A stretch of 64,000 nt of DNA from a virus. Every line of letters begins with the position of its first letter. The stretch's first letter is position 1. The DNA lies in the IMG/VR virus record IMGVR_UViG_3300032116_000032, positions 64,001 to 128,000 of that record, one strand, 5' to 3'. Shown piece after piece: positions 10,930-21,342 of the stretch. The notes beneath the pieces were generated by a model that saw only the letters and a program-made list of their open reading frames with translations, searched no databases and was not told where the DNA came from. The translations under genes and the position numbers were made by a program.

Positions 10930-11835
10930 ATGGCTACAGGTAATTACGGAACTATTAGACCAGCGGATGTCAGTCCTGAAGACGTGGAAATCGTTATGGT
11001 TTATACACCATCAAGAGATGACACACAAAACTTCATTTTAACAACATTAAATGCTCAAGATGTCTTAAGACCATACTTCAATAATAATGCAACAGGAGGA
11101 AATACTGTTGAAGTTTTAGGTGGGTTGTATAGTTTAAAACTACCTGCCGATCAGTTCACAAGTTTGGGAATTTATACTTTAATGATTAGACCCGCACAAA
11201 TTAGAACGACTATCACAGATTGTGGTGTTTTATCTGCTCTACCAAATGTTAAAGGAATAGTAATTGATTTGAATAATGTACCAACAGAATATAGAAATAA
11301 ATTTGTTAATCAAGGACTTGTAGGATTTAGAGTGGAATATTTGAATCCCGATGGAACAAAAATTCCTAACTTCTTTAGAATAATAACATCTTCATTCTAC
11401 TGTGAACCAGTCATTCAAAACTTAACTAACACAATTCAAAAATCTATTAGATATAGATATGTTGAAGGTGCAACAAATCTTTTATTTTGTACACTTTCAC
11501 CATCTTCATCACCAACAAACAAACCAAGTGCAACTCCGTATATCGGACAACCTAACCAAAGTATTATAATAAGTAATACTTACTTCAATCCAATATCAAC
11601 AGAGATTGAAATAGTAGATCAAGATATTTCAACTTTAGCGATAGCACTTTACGGTAACCAAACTAAATCTATTGAGGACGGTATTTACACTATTTACGAC
11701 GCTGACAATAACATCTACCAACAATACAACTTGTATGAAATTAAAGATCAGTTTAATACTCTTCTTTATGAAGTTAGACAAAATCGTAATGAAAATATCG
11801 ATTTCTCTAAAGCTTTTAATAATATTGTTGCTTAA
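10930..11835 (+). CDS. Putative baseplate/tail structural protein (301 aa)
   Basis: TATTTAT at 10904-10910; structural operon context. Confidence 0.55.
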   Translation: MATGNYGTIRPADVSPEDVEIVMVYTPSRDDTQNFILTTLNAQDVLRPYFNNNATGGNTVEVLGGLYSLKLPADQFTSLGIYTLMIRPAQIRTTITDCGVLSALPNVKGIVIDLNNVPTEYRNKFVNQGLVGFRVEYLNPDGTKIPNFFRIITSSFYCEPVIQNLTNTIQKSIRYRYVEGATNLLFCTLSPSSSPTNKPSATPYIGQPNQSIIISNTYFNPISTEIEIVDQDISTLAIALYGNQTKSIEDGIYTIYDADNNIYQQYNLYEIKDQFNTLLYEVRQNRNENIDFSKAFNNIVA

Positions 11836-14822
11836 TGGCCACACAGAAGTTTACTTGTCCACCTCAAAGTAGTGCCGCCAATGAATTCTCAAATAATTTG
11901 GTTGGAGTTCAGTTAGTCACTGGAGGAGGGTTAACGCAAGCAAATTTTAACTTCACAACAAACATATCCGAAAAACAGAATAGAACGTTTAATATTGGTA
12001 CGTTTTCAGATCCAATAAATCTTGAGAGTATAAATATTGATAATAATATTGAAGCCGCTGAGATTTTAGCTAACAACTATAGAGTTTACCCAAATTATGA
12101 TTTATCTCAAGTAACAAACTTTACCCAATATGGTTCTTTAGTAAAAAGATTTTCAGTTTCAATAACTAAGATAATCAACTTTTATCCTGCAGGATTAGAG
12201 GTTTCACCAAATACAAATAAGTTTATAACTCAAGAAACGGCATTTAATATAACTTACGATGCGGTAGAGGACGACACAACTTTCGAAGTTTCAGTATCAT
12301 CTATTAGAAATCCATTTGACATAGATTACACCGTTAATGCTGAAACTAATATGTTGTTTAATGAGATGGAAGTTTCACCTCTGAGGAATATGAAATTGGA
12401 GTATAAAAAATACGCCTTAGTTGTCAACGGCAATGAATATCCTGTAAATTATTTGTACCCTACGACAAGTAATTCATCTACATTAAAATTAATTGTTGAT
12501 GGAAACCCATTCAACGGGAATTCAATATCTTACGATTATATTGTTATAAGACCAAATAACTATGAAGTTAATAAAGTATTTAATCTGAAGTTTGATCCTG
12601 TTGAGAATTTTTTATTAAATAGAAATATTAATCCTCCATATACCGCAACTTTTACAGTACCAAGAGAACAAGAAGATGGAACATTTAAGATAACAACAGA
12701 ACTTGCCACATTCCCAAAATCAGGACTTTGGAACTTAGATATTGAATCACAAACATTTGATAACTACCTAACACAAATTAACGATTTTGCAATAAATCTT
12801 GATTCATATAACACGAATTTAGTTTCAAGATTTTTAACGACAGGTGCTCTGAAAGAGTTTGATACACCTGATCATAAATTTGAAAAACTTTTACAGATTT
12901 ATGGTAGAAGTTTTGACGAAACTAAAGCATTCATTTCGGCGTTAGGTAATATTAATAGTGTTCACTATACTGTTAAAAATGATATACCGTCACAACTTTT
13001 GAAAAATTTGGCACAAACATTAGGTTGGGTAACAAACTTTTCACCTATATCGAATGAAGAATTGTTACAGGCAGTTTTTACAACACAACCAAATACTTTT
13101 CCTGGTTTACAAATAGGACCAACGCCTGAGGAAATTAATTATCAATTTTACAGAAACTTAATTATAAATTCTGCGTGGTTATTTAAATCAAAAGGAACAA
13201 GAAAATCTATTGAGTGTCTCTTGAGGATGGTTGGAGCTCCTGAGGCTTTAATTGATTTTAACGAACACATTTATGTTGCTGATCAAAGAATTAACATGAG
13301 TGAGTTTAATAAACAGTACTTACAATTATCGGGAGGAACTTTCCTACAAGAATATCCTGTATTAGAAACTAACAACACATACTCAATACAAGGTATTCAG
13401 TACACTGGTTTTACAACAACATTTGCAAATGCAACAGTTTTAACTACAAGAGAAGATTATCCTGTTGATGAATTTGGATGTCCTAAAATGCCAACACCAA
13501 CGGAGGAATACTTTTTTCAAATTGGAGGAGGATGGTTCGAATCAACACCTCAACACAGGATGCCAGAATTTGTAATCCCAACAAATCAAGTATTCATAGG
13601 CGATAATCCTAATTTCCAAACTCAACTTTTACCTTTCAACTATGGAGAGGAATATCTACAACTGTACAGACATTTCCCATATATGAATTTGGGGTATAAG
13701 ATTAGAAAAGTCCAAGATAATAAGAAAAGTTGGAGTGATACCTCACCAACACAACGAGTAAGTTCAGATGGTGGATTTAATGCTTATTATGAAGTCGGTG
13801 AAGAATGTTTAACATTGAATGTAAAAAATGTTGACATTATGATGAATCCCGCACAAGGTTTGGTTTATGATGTTTGGACAATGTCTAGACAATATAATTA
13901 CCCAATACCTGAACAAGGTTTATTCTACACTCCTGACACACCTTGTAGTGTACCAAATCCTTACCCAAGATATGGTGGAATAGATTGGACAACAATTATC
14001 CCAAAACCAAAACAAAAAACTTTCTTTGAATTTGCTCAAACATTTTGGAGAAATATGGTTAACACTAGAAACCGACAATTTATTACCGATGGTAAAACTG
14101 GAGGTTACCCAACACTACAATCAATATATTGGAAATACTTAGAATCTCAGACACAAGCAGGAATACCAAATGATAATTTTACATACCAAACTATGATAGA
14201 TTATATTAATGGTATGGGTGACTATTGGATTAGAATGGTTGAACAAATGGTCCCTGCAACTACAATATGGAACACAGGAGTTAGATTAGAAAATTCAATA
14301 TTTCATAGACAAAAATTTGTATGGAGAAGACAAGAAGGCTGTAAAATCGTTCCTGTTCCTTGTAAACCTTGTTCTTTGGCAACACAATTATTTGTATACG
14401 ATTGCCCTGTACAACAAGTGGTTTGTGGACTTTATCCTTGGAATAGTGACCCTACAATAACATCTATGGGTGCAGTCTTGAATGATACTTTAGATACTTT
14501 TTATAGCCAAAATTCATTAAACCCAACCGATTGTTTACAGAATTCAATTGTAACAACTTGGAATGTAGATTTGAGGGTAAATGGATTTGTATTGGTAATA
14601 TCACCTTTCTACACAGGTATTGGACCATTCAATATCCCAACTAATTCAGAATGGGTTGACGCTTTGAGTAGTACATTAAATAATTTACTAACCTCAGGGT
14701 ATAGTTATAATATTGATGAGGATAACGAACAAATAACAGTCTTTAACAATAATTGTCAACCTAATTTTGATGACTTTCAAATAAACATAGGACTTGAGTT
14801 CGAAATATATTGTAACGAATAA
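11835..14822 (+). CDS. Baseplate wedge/tail protein (P2 gpI/T4 gp7-like core) with large extensions
   Basis: IPSQLLKNLAQTLGW...FYRNLIINSAWLFKSKGTRKSIECLLRMVG resembles the KGT motif of tail protein I-like wedge subunits. Confidence 0.6.
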   Translation: MATQKFTCPPQSSAANEFSNNLVGVQLVTGGGLTQANFNFTTNISEKQNRTFNIGTFSDPINLESINIDNNIEAAEILANNYRVYPNYDLSQVTNFTQYGSLVKRFSVSITKIINFYPAGLEVSPNTNKFITQETAFNITYDAVEDDTTFEVSVSSIRNPFDIDYTVNAETNMLFNEMEVSPLRNMKLEYKKYALVVNGNEYPVNYLYPTTSNSSTLKLIVDGNPFNGNSISYDYIVIRPNNYEVNKVFNLKFDPVENFLLNRNINPPYTATFTVPREQEDGTFKITTELATFPKSGLWNLDIESQTFDNYLTQINDFAINLDSYNTNLVSRFLTTGALKEFDTPDHKFEKLLQIYGRSFDETKAFISALGNINSVHYTVKNDIPSQLLKNLAQTLGWVTNFSPISNEELLQAVFTTQPNTFPGLQIGPTPEEINYQFYRNLIINSAWLFKSKGTRKSIECLLRMVGAPEALIDFNEHIYVADQRINMSEFNKQYLQLSGGTFLQEYPVLETNNTYSIQGIQYTGFTTTFANATVLTTREDYPVDEFGCPKMPTPTEEYFFQIGGGWFESTPQHRMPEFVIPTNQVFIGDNPNFQTQLLPFNYGEEYLQLYRHFPYMNLGYKIRKVQDNKKSWSDTSPTQRVSSDGGFNAYYEVGEECLTLNVKNVDIMMNPAQGLVYDVWTMSRQYNYPIPEQGLFYTPDTPCSVPNPYPRYGGIDWTTIIPKPKQKTFFEFAQTFWRNMVNTRNRQFITDGKTGGYPTLQSIYWKYLESQTQAGIPNDNFTYQTMIDYINGMGDYWIRMVEQMVPATTIWNTGVRLENSIFHRQKFVWRRQEGCKIVPVPCKPCSLATQLFVYDCPVQQVVCGLYPWNSDPTITSMGAVLNDTLDTFYSQNSLNPTDCLQNSIVTTWNVDLRVNGFVLVISPFYTGIGPFNIPTNSEWVDALSSTLNNLLTSGYSYNIDEDNEQITVFNNNCQPNFDDFQINIGLEFEIYCNE

Positions 14823-17020
14823 TGAGTATTTTAATTTATAATTATAGTGTAACGGGGGATTGTAGTAATACAGGTAGCGGTGCGGTTTCGTTTGATATAA
14901 CTGGAAGTACACCAACAGTATCTCCTTTTAGTATTTCAGATGCAACAGGTCAAGGATTATTACCACTTTCTGCAGCAACAAATACATACTCAGTAACTGG
15001 CCTTACAGGAGGCACATATTATGCTCAACTTACAGATTCTAGTACAGAAAAAGAAGTTTTAAACATTTATATTTCAACAGGCACTACAGCAACTATTGAT
15101 TCGTCCAATACCACTTGTGGACAGAATAATGGAACCATAACAGGTTTCACGTCTGGCGTCTATGGACTTGTTTCTTTTAATTTATATGATATAAGTAATA
15201 ATTTAATTTCAGGTGTAACAACATCTAATTCTTATTATGAATTCACATCTCTTTCGGCCGGTACATATTACATTGTTGCAAACGATGGTGGTGGATGTAC
15301 AGGAATAACCGCATCTGTAATATTAAATCCTTCATCAGGTTTAACATATGGTGCATATGTTGTTGATGATGCTAGTTGTTTAGGTTCAGGTAGTGGTAAA
15401 ATTTTCTTAACAGGGTTAACACCACCATTGTCGGCATACACAATAACTTGGAGTCCTAACGCTTTAGGGCAAACAGGATCAACAATAACAGGACTAACAT
15501 CTGGATCTTATGTTGCTACTGTTACTAATTCAGTAGGATGTACGTTAAGTCAGTCATTTACTGTAAACACTATTCCGCCATTAACATCAGGTGGTTTTAT
15601 TGTGGTATCACAACCTTCTTGTTTTGCCAATGATGGTGAAGTGGAGTTTATTGTTGTTGGTGGTACTGCACCATATTTTTTTAGTGGATCATCAGGTCAA
15701 GTTGAAATAACATTTGATACTTCCGTAACTTTTACGGGACTATCTTCAGGATTATACTCATTTTTTGTGACAGATTCAGGTTTATGTACAATTTATGATT
15801 CTGTAAGTTTAATAACACCAAACTCTTTTAGTACTGTTGCAGTAACAACAACTAACTCAACTTGTTCTGTAAATGATGGTAGTATTAATGTTTTAGTTGA
15901 TGGAGGACTTAGTACTGCAACCAACTTACAAATTTCGGTATCTGGAACAACAGGTATAAGTCAAATAGGATTGTTTGGTAGTTCTAATGAAACATTTAAT
16001 GGTCTCGGAAGTGGAACATATATAGTAACAGTTGTATCTGCAGGTTGTACCTATACCGCATCAACAGTAATAAATTCTGTTAGTTTATATAGTGCAACTA
16101 CTGAAGTAACCGGAACTACATGTGGATTGAATAATGGGATTCTTGTTGTAAGTGCGTCAACAGGAGGAACTTTCCCATACACATATTCATTAACAGGACC
16201 AAGTTACAACCCAAACACTACTACAAGCCAGTTCAACACGTTTACTAATTTAGCTAACGGAAATTACGTGTTAACAATACAAGATACCTCATCACCACCT
16301 TGTATACAAACATATGCGGTTAATATACCATATAGTCAAAGTGTAAACTTTAATCTATATCCAAACCAACCTGTAAATGGTAATGACGGATCTATAACTG
16401 CGTTTATCACAAGTGGTGAACCACCTTTCACTTTAACTTGGAGTGGAGGAACTATAGGACTTCAAACAGGAAGTACTGTTACAGGTCTTACTTCAGGTCC
16501 TTACAGTCTAACTGTAACTGATGCTAGTGGTTGTACACTAACAAAATACGCAACATTAACAGGTACTAAAAAATACACTAATTATTTATACTATAATGTT
16601 TGTGATAATACATTTACAGATAGTGGGTTAGTAACTAAAAGAACTATACGAGCAATGTATTTAGAAGGGTTCAATGACTTAACTAGTGGTGATACAAACT
16701 GTATTATAAATTCTGCAACTTTTACGATTGGTGCTGAAGTTGGTGGACAATCAGCAGAAACTATATTTTATACATCTTCTGGTTCTACAGATTACCCAAA
16801 TGATATACTATGGGCAGACGCAATATCGACAATACTTAACGACTTTGTTGGAATATCAGATGTTACTATAGACCTACCTTCAAATAGAATTATCATAAAA
16901 ACAAACTGCGAAGAAATCACTAAAAACTGTGGTCCACAAACAATAAATCCATTACAAGATACTGAAATAAAAGTCAACTTATTGATTGACTATGACATAT
17001 CTTGTGTAAGTTGTAGTTAA
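14822..17020 (+). CDS. SprB-repeat virion/adhesin-like protein (732 aa)
   Basis: Several units such as SQPSCFANDGEVEFIVVGGTAPYFFS, GTTCGLNNGILVVSASTGGTFPYTYSL and GNDGSITAFITSGEPPFTLTWSGG...GLTSGPYSLTVTDASGCT. Confidence 0.75.
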   Translation: MSILIYNYSVTGDCSNTGSGAVSFDITGSTPTVSPFSISDATGQGLLPLSAATNTYSVTGLTGGTYYAQLTDSSTEKEVLNIYISTGTTATIDSSNTTCGQNNGTITGFTSGVYGLVSFNLYDISNNLISGVTTSNSYYEFTSLSAGTYYIVANDGGGCTGITASVILNPSSGLTYGAYVVDDASCLGSGSGKIFLTGLTPPLSAYTITWSPNALGQTGSTITGLTSGSYVATVTNSVGCTLSQSFTVNTIPPLTSGGFIVVSQPSCFANDGEVEFIVVGGTAPYFFSGSSGQVEITFDTSVTFTGLSSGLYSFFVTDSGLCTIYDSVSLITPNSFSTVAVTTTNSTCSVNDGSINVLVDGGLSTATNLQISVSGTTGISQIGLFGSSNETFNGLGSGTYIVTVVSAGCTYTASTVINSVSLYSATTEVTGTTCGLNNGILVVSASTGGTFPYTYSLTGPSYNPNTTTSQFNTFTNLANGNYVLTIQDTSSPPCIQTYAVNIPYSQSVNFNLYPNQPVNGNDGSITAFITSGEPPFTLTWSGGTIGLQTGSTVTGLTSGPYSLTVTDASGCTLTKYATLTGTKKYTNYLYYNVCDNTFTDSGLVTKRTIRAMYLEGFNDLTSGDTNCIINSATFTIGAEVGGQSAETIFYTSSGSTDYPNDILWADAISTILNDFVGISDVTIDLPSNRIIIKTNCEEITKNCGPQTINPLQDTEIKVNLLIDYDISCVSCS

Positions 17021-17317
17021 ATGCCCTCACAAGTTACAATAGTATCGGCAATAGGTATTACACCACCATTTAGTGGAACCGCTTGTGATGTCTATGGAAA
17101 TCAATGTTCATATATAGGAAGTGGAACAACTTTTCCAATAACATTTACATTACCATCACAATTCAATACGGCTCCATCATTACAATTAACATTACAAGAT
17201 TCAATTGGATGTTTAGTGTCTGAAATAATTTATTGTTCAACCGAAGGATTACCAAAACAATTCCAAAATTTACAATATTACTTTTTTATGGATGGAACTC
17301 AGTTTAATTTTCAGTAA
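17021..17317 (+). CDS. Small Cys-containing tail-associated protein; paralog of 27929-28150
   Basis: MPSQVTIVSAIGITPPFSGTACDVYGNQCSYI aligns with MPTQITITGLSGSSPFDIYTCDTGYTTCIYI. Confidence 0.6.
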   Translation: MPSQVTIVSAIGITPPFSGTACDVYGNQCSYIGSGTTFPITFTLPSQFNTAPSLQLTLQDSIGCLVSEIIYCSTEGLPKQFQNLQYYFFMDGTQFNFQ

Positions 17318-17338
17318 CCAAAATATTTATTATACGAT

Positions 17339-20290
17339 ATGGCATTATTAACGGATCAAATACAAGCTACTGGAGTTTCTCTAACAGACTTAATTCACAT
17401 AGTAATAACTGGTGATACTTCTCAAAATCCTGCGGGATCATCTTTTAAAGCATCAATTTCTCAACTTGTTAGTTTAATTAGTGGTTCTACAGGAACAAAC
17501 GGTACATCAGGAACTAATGGAAGTAGTGGTACAAATGGAACTAACGGTACATCAGGAACTAATGGGTCTAGCGGTACTAATGGGTCTAGCGGTACTAATG
17601 GAACAAACGGTACTTCAGGAACAAATGGATCTAGCGGTACTAATGGAACAAACGGTACTTCAGGAACAAATGGATCTAGCGGTACTAATGGAACAAACGG
17701 TACTTCAGGAACAAATGGATCTAGCGGTACTAATGGAACAAACGGTACTTCAGGAACAAATGGATCTAGCGGTACAAATGGAACAAATGGATCTAGCGGT
17801 ACAAATGGAACTAATGGTACAAGCGGTCTAAGTGGTATTGGGTTATTTTTACCATTATCAGGGGGCACGGTTACGGGTAATACAATATTTAATGCCGGTT
17901 TAAGTGCGATAACAATATCGGCAACAACCTATCAAAACTTACCAAGTGATGTGATAATTATTGACTCAACACAGATTCAATCAGGATTTACAGGTGGAGT
18001 CTTGTTCCAAAGTTCAGCAAGTACGGTAAGTCAAACTACTGGATTTACTTGGGATAATGTAAATAAAAGGTTGGGAATTGGGACTAACACCCCTCTCTAT
18101 GACTTAGACGTTTATGGGTCTATCTATCAAAAAACCGGAGAATTATTAATTACATCCACAAGTGGTGTTAATAAAGAAGGTCCATTTATAGCATCAGACG
18201 GCGGAACTAACAGAACCATTCAATTAGGAATTTCAGACAATTCAACTGTACCTGTCGGCATTGATATGTTTGTAACTAACAATACATTCCCGCCAAGTTA
18301 CATGAACTTTAGAGTAAACGATGCTGATCTAGTTAGGATGTCTGGTAGTTCTGTTATAATTAGCGGTCTTACATATACAAGTGGTATAACCTCTACATCT
18401 AAAATAACATTTCCACAGCTGACAATTAATAGTTCATACACCATGACTGATAATGATTTTATGATTGATGTTACAGGAGGAACATTCAACGTACAATTAC
18501 TATCTGCCGTAGGAAGACAAGGAAGAATAGTTGTTATTAAAAATAATGGTGGAGGTGCAGTTACGGTAGTCCCTTATGGTAGTGAAACTATAGATCTAGC
18601 ACCATTTGTTATTTTAGGTGAAACAAACTCATTACAATTAGTAAGTAATGGTAGTTTTTGGGTTGCAATGTCTTATAATATCTCAACAGTAAACTCATCA
18701 ACAGGTGTTTTTGAATTTAGTGGTTTGACAAAGGCAAGTAATACCACATTTAATGTTGCCCCTGTTAAAGGTTGGATAGTTGATGATACAACTAATCCGT
18801 TGAGTCCCCAACTTTTATTTGTTTATTTTACTGGAGGAACGTATACTGATAGTTTTGTAACAACGGCTTTTGAGACATTTGTTTATTTAACAAGTGGTGC
18901 AACAATTGGACAACAATCAACACCACTAACTGAACAACAAAGAAGACAAAATATATTTTTAGGTAAAATAGGACACCCTGAAAAAGTTTCAATTAACTTA
19001 GTGTTTTCACAACCTGATTTTGTTTTATCACCATTATCTCAACTTCGTGATATGTTTGTACCTATTAATTTAATTAATGGGGGTGTATATCCATCAGCCA
19101 ACGGAGCAAACTTAAAATTCAACACAAGTGCCGGGTTTATATATGGATTAGGTATTAATTTTGCATCGAATACATTGAACCCAAATGCATTATCGATATC
19201 AGGAACAAGCCCTTGTACATTCCAATATAGAACACAAACAGGAGGAACGGTTACAAATGTTACAGATATTGACCCACTTAACTATGATGTTGGGGGTGTT
19301 ATAACTCCAATCACAGGTACTAAAGCCACAAACCAAAGAATTTACCTATTGCAAAATGGACAATTTAGAATTCAATATGGTCAAACCGAATATAACACTT
19401 TAGTACAGGCGATAGAAGCATTACAAACAGAAACATTCACAATATTCCCCAATTTTGTAAATAATGCCGTTCTTATTGGTATATTAACGGTGTTAAGTAC
19501 CGCAACGGATTTGACCGATACAACTAAAGCAAGATTCTTTTTTGCGTCTAAGTTTGGTGAAACTGTAGGTGCTACGGGGGGTGTGTCAACAACAAACCTA
19601 CAACAAGCTTATAATAACTCAGTACAACCTGAAATAACAACCAACTCAACTTTAGGTGCGTTCTCAATCAAAAATGGTACGGGTAATCCTGATGCCACCA
19701 CAAATTTATTTGAAGGAATTAATTCTGCAAATACTTTAACATCGGTAATCACTGCAAGAGGTACTATCACAGGGTCTAGTATTACTACAAATGGTGCTGT
19801 GACGGGAGCTACCGTAATTGGTGATGTTATATCGGGTAACACAGTGTCGGCCTCAACACTTAACCTTGCAGGATCACAAATAAATACTGCTTGGACATCT
19901 TATGTACCTGTTTTGACCGCAAGTGTAACTAATCCTGTAATTGGTAATGGAACCGTAGAAGGTTGGTATAAAATAGTTGGTAAAACATGTTTTGTGAGAG
20001 GAAATATTGTAATGGGATCAACAACAACATTTGGTGCAGGAGAATGGTATGTGTCAGTACCATTTACCGCGGCTCATGCTGATGCAATATTATTAAATGC
20101 TGACATATTAGATAATGGGACCGCTTGGTATAATGCATTTATAGCGGGTGCAAGAGCAGGATTTAATACCAAAGCGGCAATACAATATCAAAATACAGGA
20201 GGAACTACAGATAGTGTTTCACCAAGTACCCCATTTACTTGGACAACTGGTGATAGATTTTTATGGAATGGAAGTTATGAAATCGCATAG
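17339..20290 (+). CDS. Tail fibre/receptor-binding protein with Gly-X-X (GTN/GTS/GSS) repeat
   Basis: About 110 residues of GTNGTSGTNGSS repeats, then FLPLSGGTVTG, a RLGIGTNTP repeat and a C-terminal fibre-like domain (WTSYVPVLT...WYKIVGKTCFVRG). TATTTAT at 17324. Confidence 0.75.
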   Translation: MALLTDQIQATGVSLTDLIHIVITGDTSQNPAGSSFKASISQLVSLISGSTGTNGTSGTNGSSGTNGTNGTSGTNGSSGTNGSSGTNGTNGTSGTNGSSGTNGTNGTSGTNGSSGTNGTNGTSGTNGSSGTNGTNGTSGTNGSSGTNGTNGSSGTNGTNGTSGLSGIGLFLPLSGGTVTGNTIFNAGLSAITISATTYQNLPSDVIIIDSTQIQSGFTGGVLFQSSASTVSQTTGFTWDNVNKRLGIGTNTPLYDLDVYGSIYQKTGELLITSTSGVNKEGPFIASDGGTNRTIQLGISDNSTVPVGIDMFVTNNTFPPSYMNFRVNDADLVRMSGSSVIISGLTYTSGITSTSKITFPQLTINSSYTMTDNDFMIDVTGGTFNVQLLSAVGRQGRIVVIKNNGGGAVTVVPYGSETIDLAPFVILGETNSLQLVSNGSFWVAMSYNISTVNSSTGVFEFSGLTKASNTTFNVAPVKGWIVDDTTNPLSPQLLFVYFTGGTYTDSFVTTAFETFVYLTSGATIGQQSTPLTEQQRRQNIFLGKIGHPEKVSINLVFSQPDFVLSPLSQLRDMFVPINLINGGVYPSANGANLKFNTSAGFIYGLGINFASNTLNPNALSISGTSPCTFQYRTQTGGTVTNVTDIDPLNYDVGGVITPITGTKATNQRIYLLQNGQFRIQYGQTEYNTLVQAIEALQTETFTIFPNFVNNAVLIGILTVLSTATDLTDTTKARFFFASKFGETVGATGGVSTTNLQQAYNNSVQPEITTNSTLGAFSIKNGTGNPDATTNLFEGINSANTLTSVITARGTITGSSITTNGAVTGATVIGDVISGNTVSASTLNLAGSQINTAWTSYVPVLTASVTNPVIGNGTVEGWYKIVGKTCFVRGNIVMGSTTTFGAGEWYVSVPFTAAHADAILLNADILDNGTAWYNAFIAGARAGFNTKAAIQYQNTGGTTDSVSPSTPFTWTTGDRFLWNGSYEIA
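17483..17835 (+). repeat. In-frame Gly-X-X coding repeat, including four perfect 45-bp tandem copies (17591-17770)
   Basis: Unit GGTACTAATGGAACAAACGGTACTTCAGGAACAAATGGATCTAGC x4, flanked by degenerate 9/18/27-bp units. Confidence 0.95.
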
Positions 20291-20344
20291 ACTTTAAAAT
20301 TCAAAATTAATTCACTTTACCTTATTTTAATTTAATTTTCCTAT

Positions 20345-21325
20345 ATGGAAAATATGTTATTTGTTTCAGCACAACCCGATGTCCCCTACTTTATATGGCA
20401 AATAAAATTGTATGTTCATAATTTTATTGAAAAAGGAATCAACCCAAATCAAATACATGTTGTTTTAGGGTTAGTCAATAATGTAAACACACCATCTAAA
20501 GAATCAGAACAACTTAAAGAGTTAGGGGTTAATGTGCATTACTTTGTTGATCAAAGATCTAAAAAACATTATATACCAAGTATTAAACCATACCTCATCT
20601 CAAAGTGGATACAGTCAAATCCTGATTATGGAAAATTATTTTTCCTTCATGATGCTGACATTATTTTTAAAGAATTACCGAGTTTTGATCGGTTGTTAAA
20701 AGATGAGGTTAGTTATTTATCTGATACAATAGGATACATTGGATATAACTATATTATGGATTGTTGTGAAAGATATGAACAACAACACCCCAATTCAGAT
20801 AAAGGACAACTTATAAGTGAAATGGCAGATGTAATTGGTGTTGACGTTGAGACAATCAAAATTAATCAAGAAAATTCTGGTGGAGGACAATACCTAATCA
20901 AAAATACAAATTGTGAGTTATGGGATAAAATCTATAGAGACTCAACTACTATGTATGACAAGATGTTGGATTATCAAAAAAGATTCCCGATAAATCCAGG
21001 TCAAATACAATTTTGGACTGCTGAGATGTGGTCATTATTATGGAATTTATGGTTGTATAATATTGAAACTAAAGTTACAGAAGATCTTGATTTTTCTTGG
21101 GCAACGGATACCATAGAAACTTATGAAAAAAAACCAATACTTCATATGGCTGGTGTGACTGATAACCTAAGAGCTACAAAATTCTACAAAGGTGATTACA
21201 TTAATATAAACCCAATTTCTAAGTTGAGAGAAAACCCTAATCATTTTGATTACATAGATAAAGATAGTTCGACAATAAAATATATCGATAATATGAAATC
21301 TTATATTCAAAAATACAACATATGA
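20345..21325 (+). CDS. GT-A fold glycosyltransferase resembling peptidyl-Ser galactosyltransferase/hydroxyproline arabinosyltransferase (GT96/GT95-like)
   Basis: Motifs in order: PYFIWQ, YIPSIKPYLISKWIQ, FFLHDADIIF (DxD), GGGQYLI, FWTAEMWSL, PILHMAG. Confidence 0.65.
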   Translation: MENMLFVSAQPDVPYFIWQIKLYVHNFIEKGINPNQIHVVLGLVNNVNTPSKESEQLKELGVNVHYFVDQRSKKHYIPSIKPYLISKWIQSNPDYGKLFFLHDADIIFKELPSFDRLLKDEVSYLSDTIGYIGYNYIMDCCERYEQQHPNSDKGQLISEMADVIGVDVETIKINQENSGGGQYLIKNTNCELWDKIYRDSTTMYDKMLDYQKRFPINPGQIQFWTAEMWSLLWNLWLYNIETKVTEDLDFSWATDTIETYEKKPILHMAGVTDNLRATKFYKGDYININPISKLRENPNHFDYIDKDSSTIKYIDNMKSYIQKYNI

Positions 21326-21342
21326 TTATTTATTGTTAATAG

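Noticed and set aside
17591-17770. 45-bp tandem repeats as a CRISPR array
   Set aside because: No unique spacers; units are contiguous, a multiple of 3 and in frame within a fibre gene; no cas genes nearby.
17461-17868. Alternative-frame ORFs 17461-17868 (-) and 17481-17831 (+)
   Set aside because: By-products of the Gly-X-X repeat, which is stop-free in several frames.
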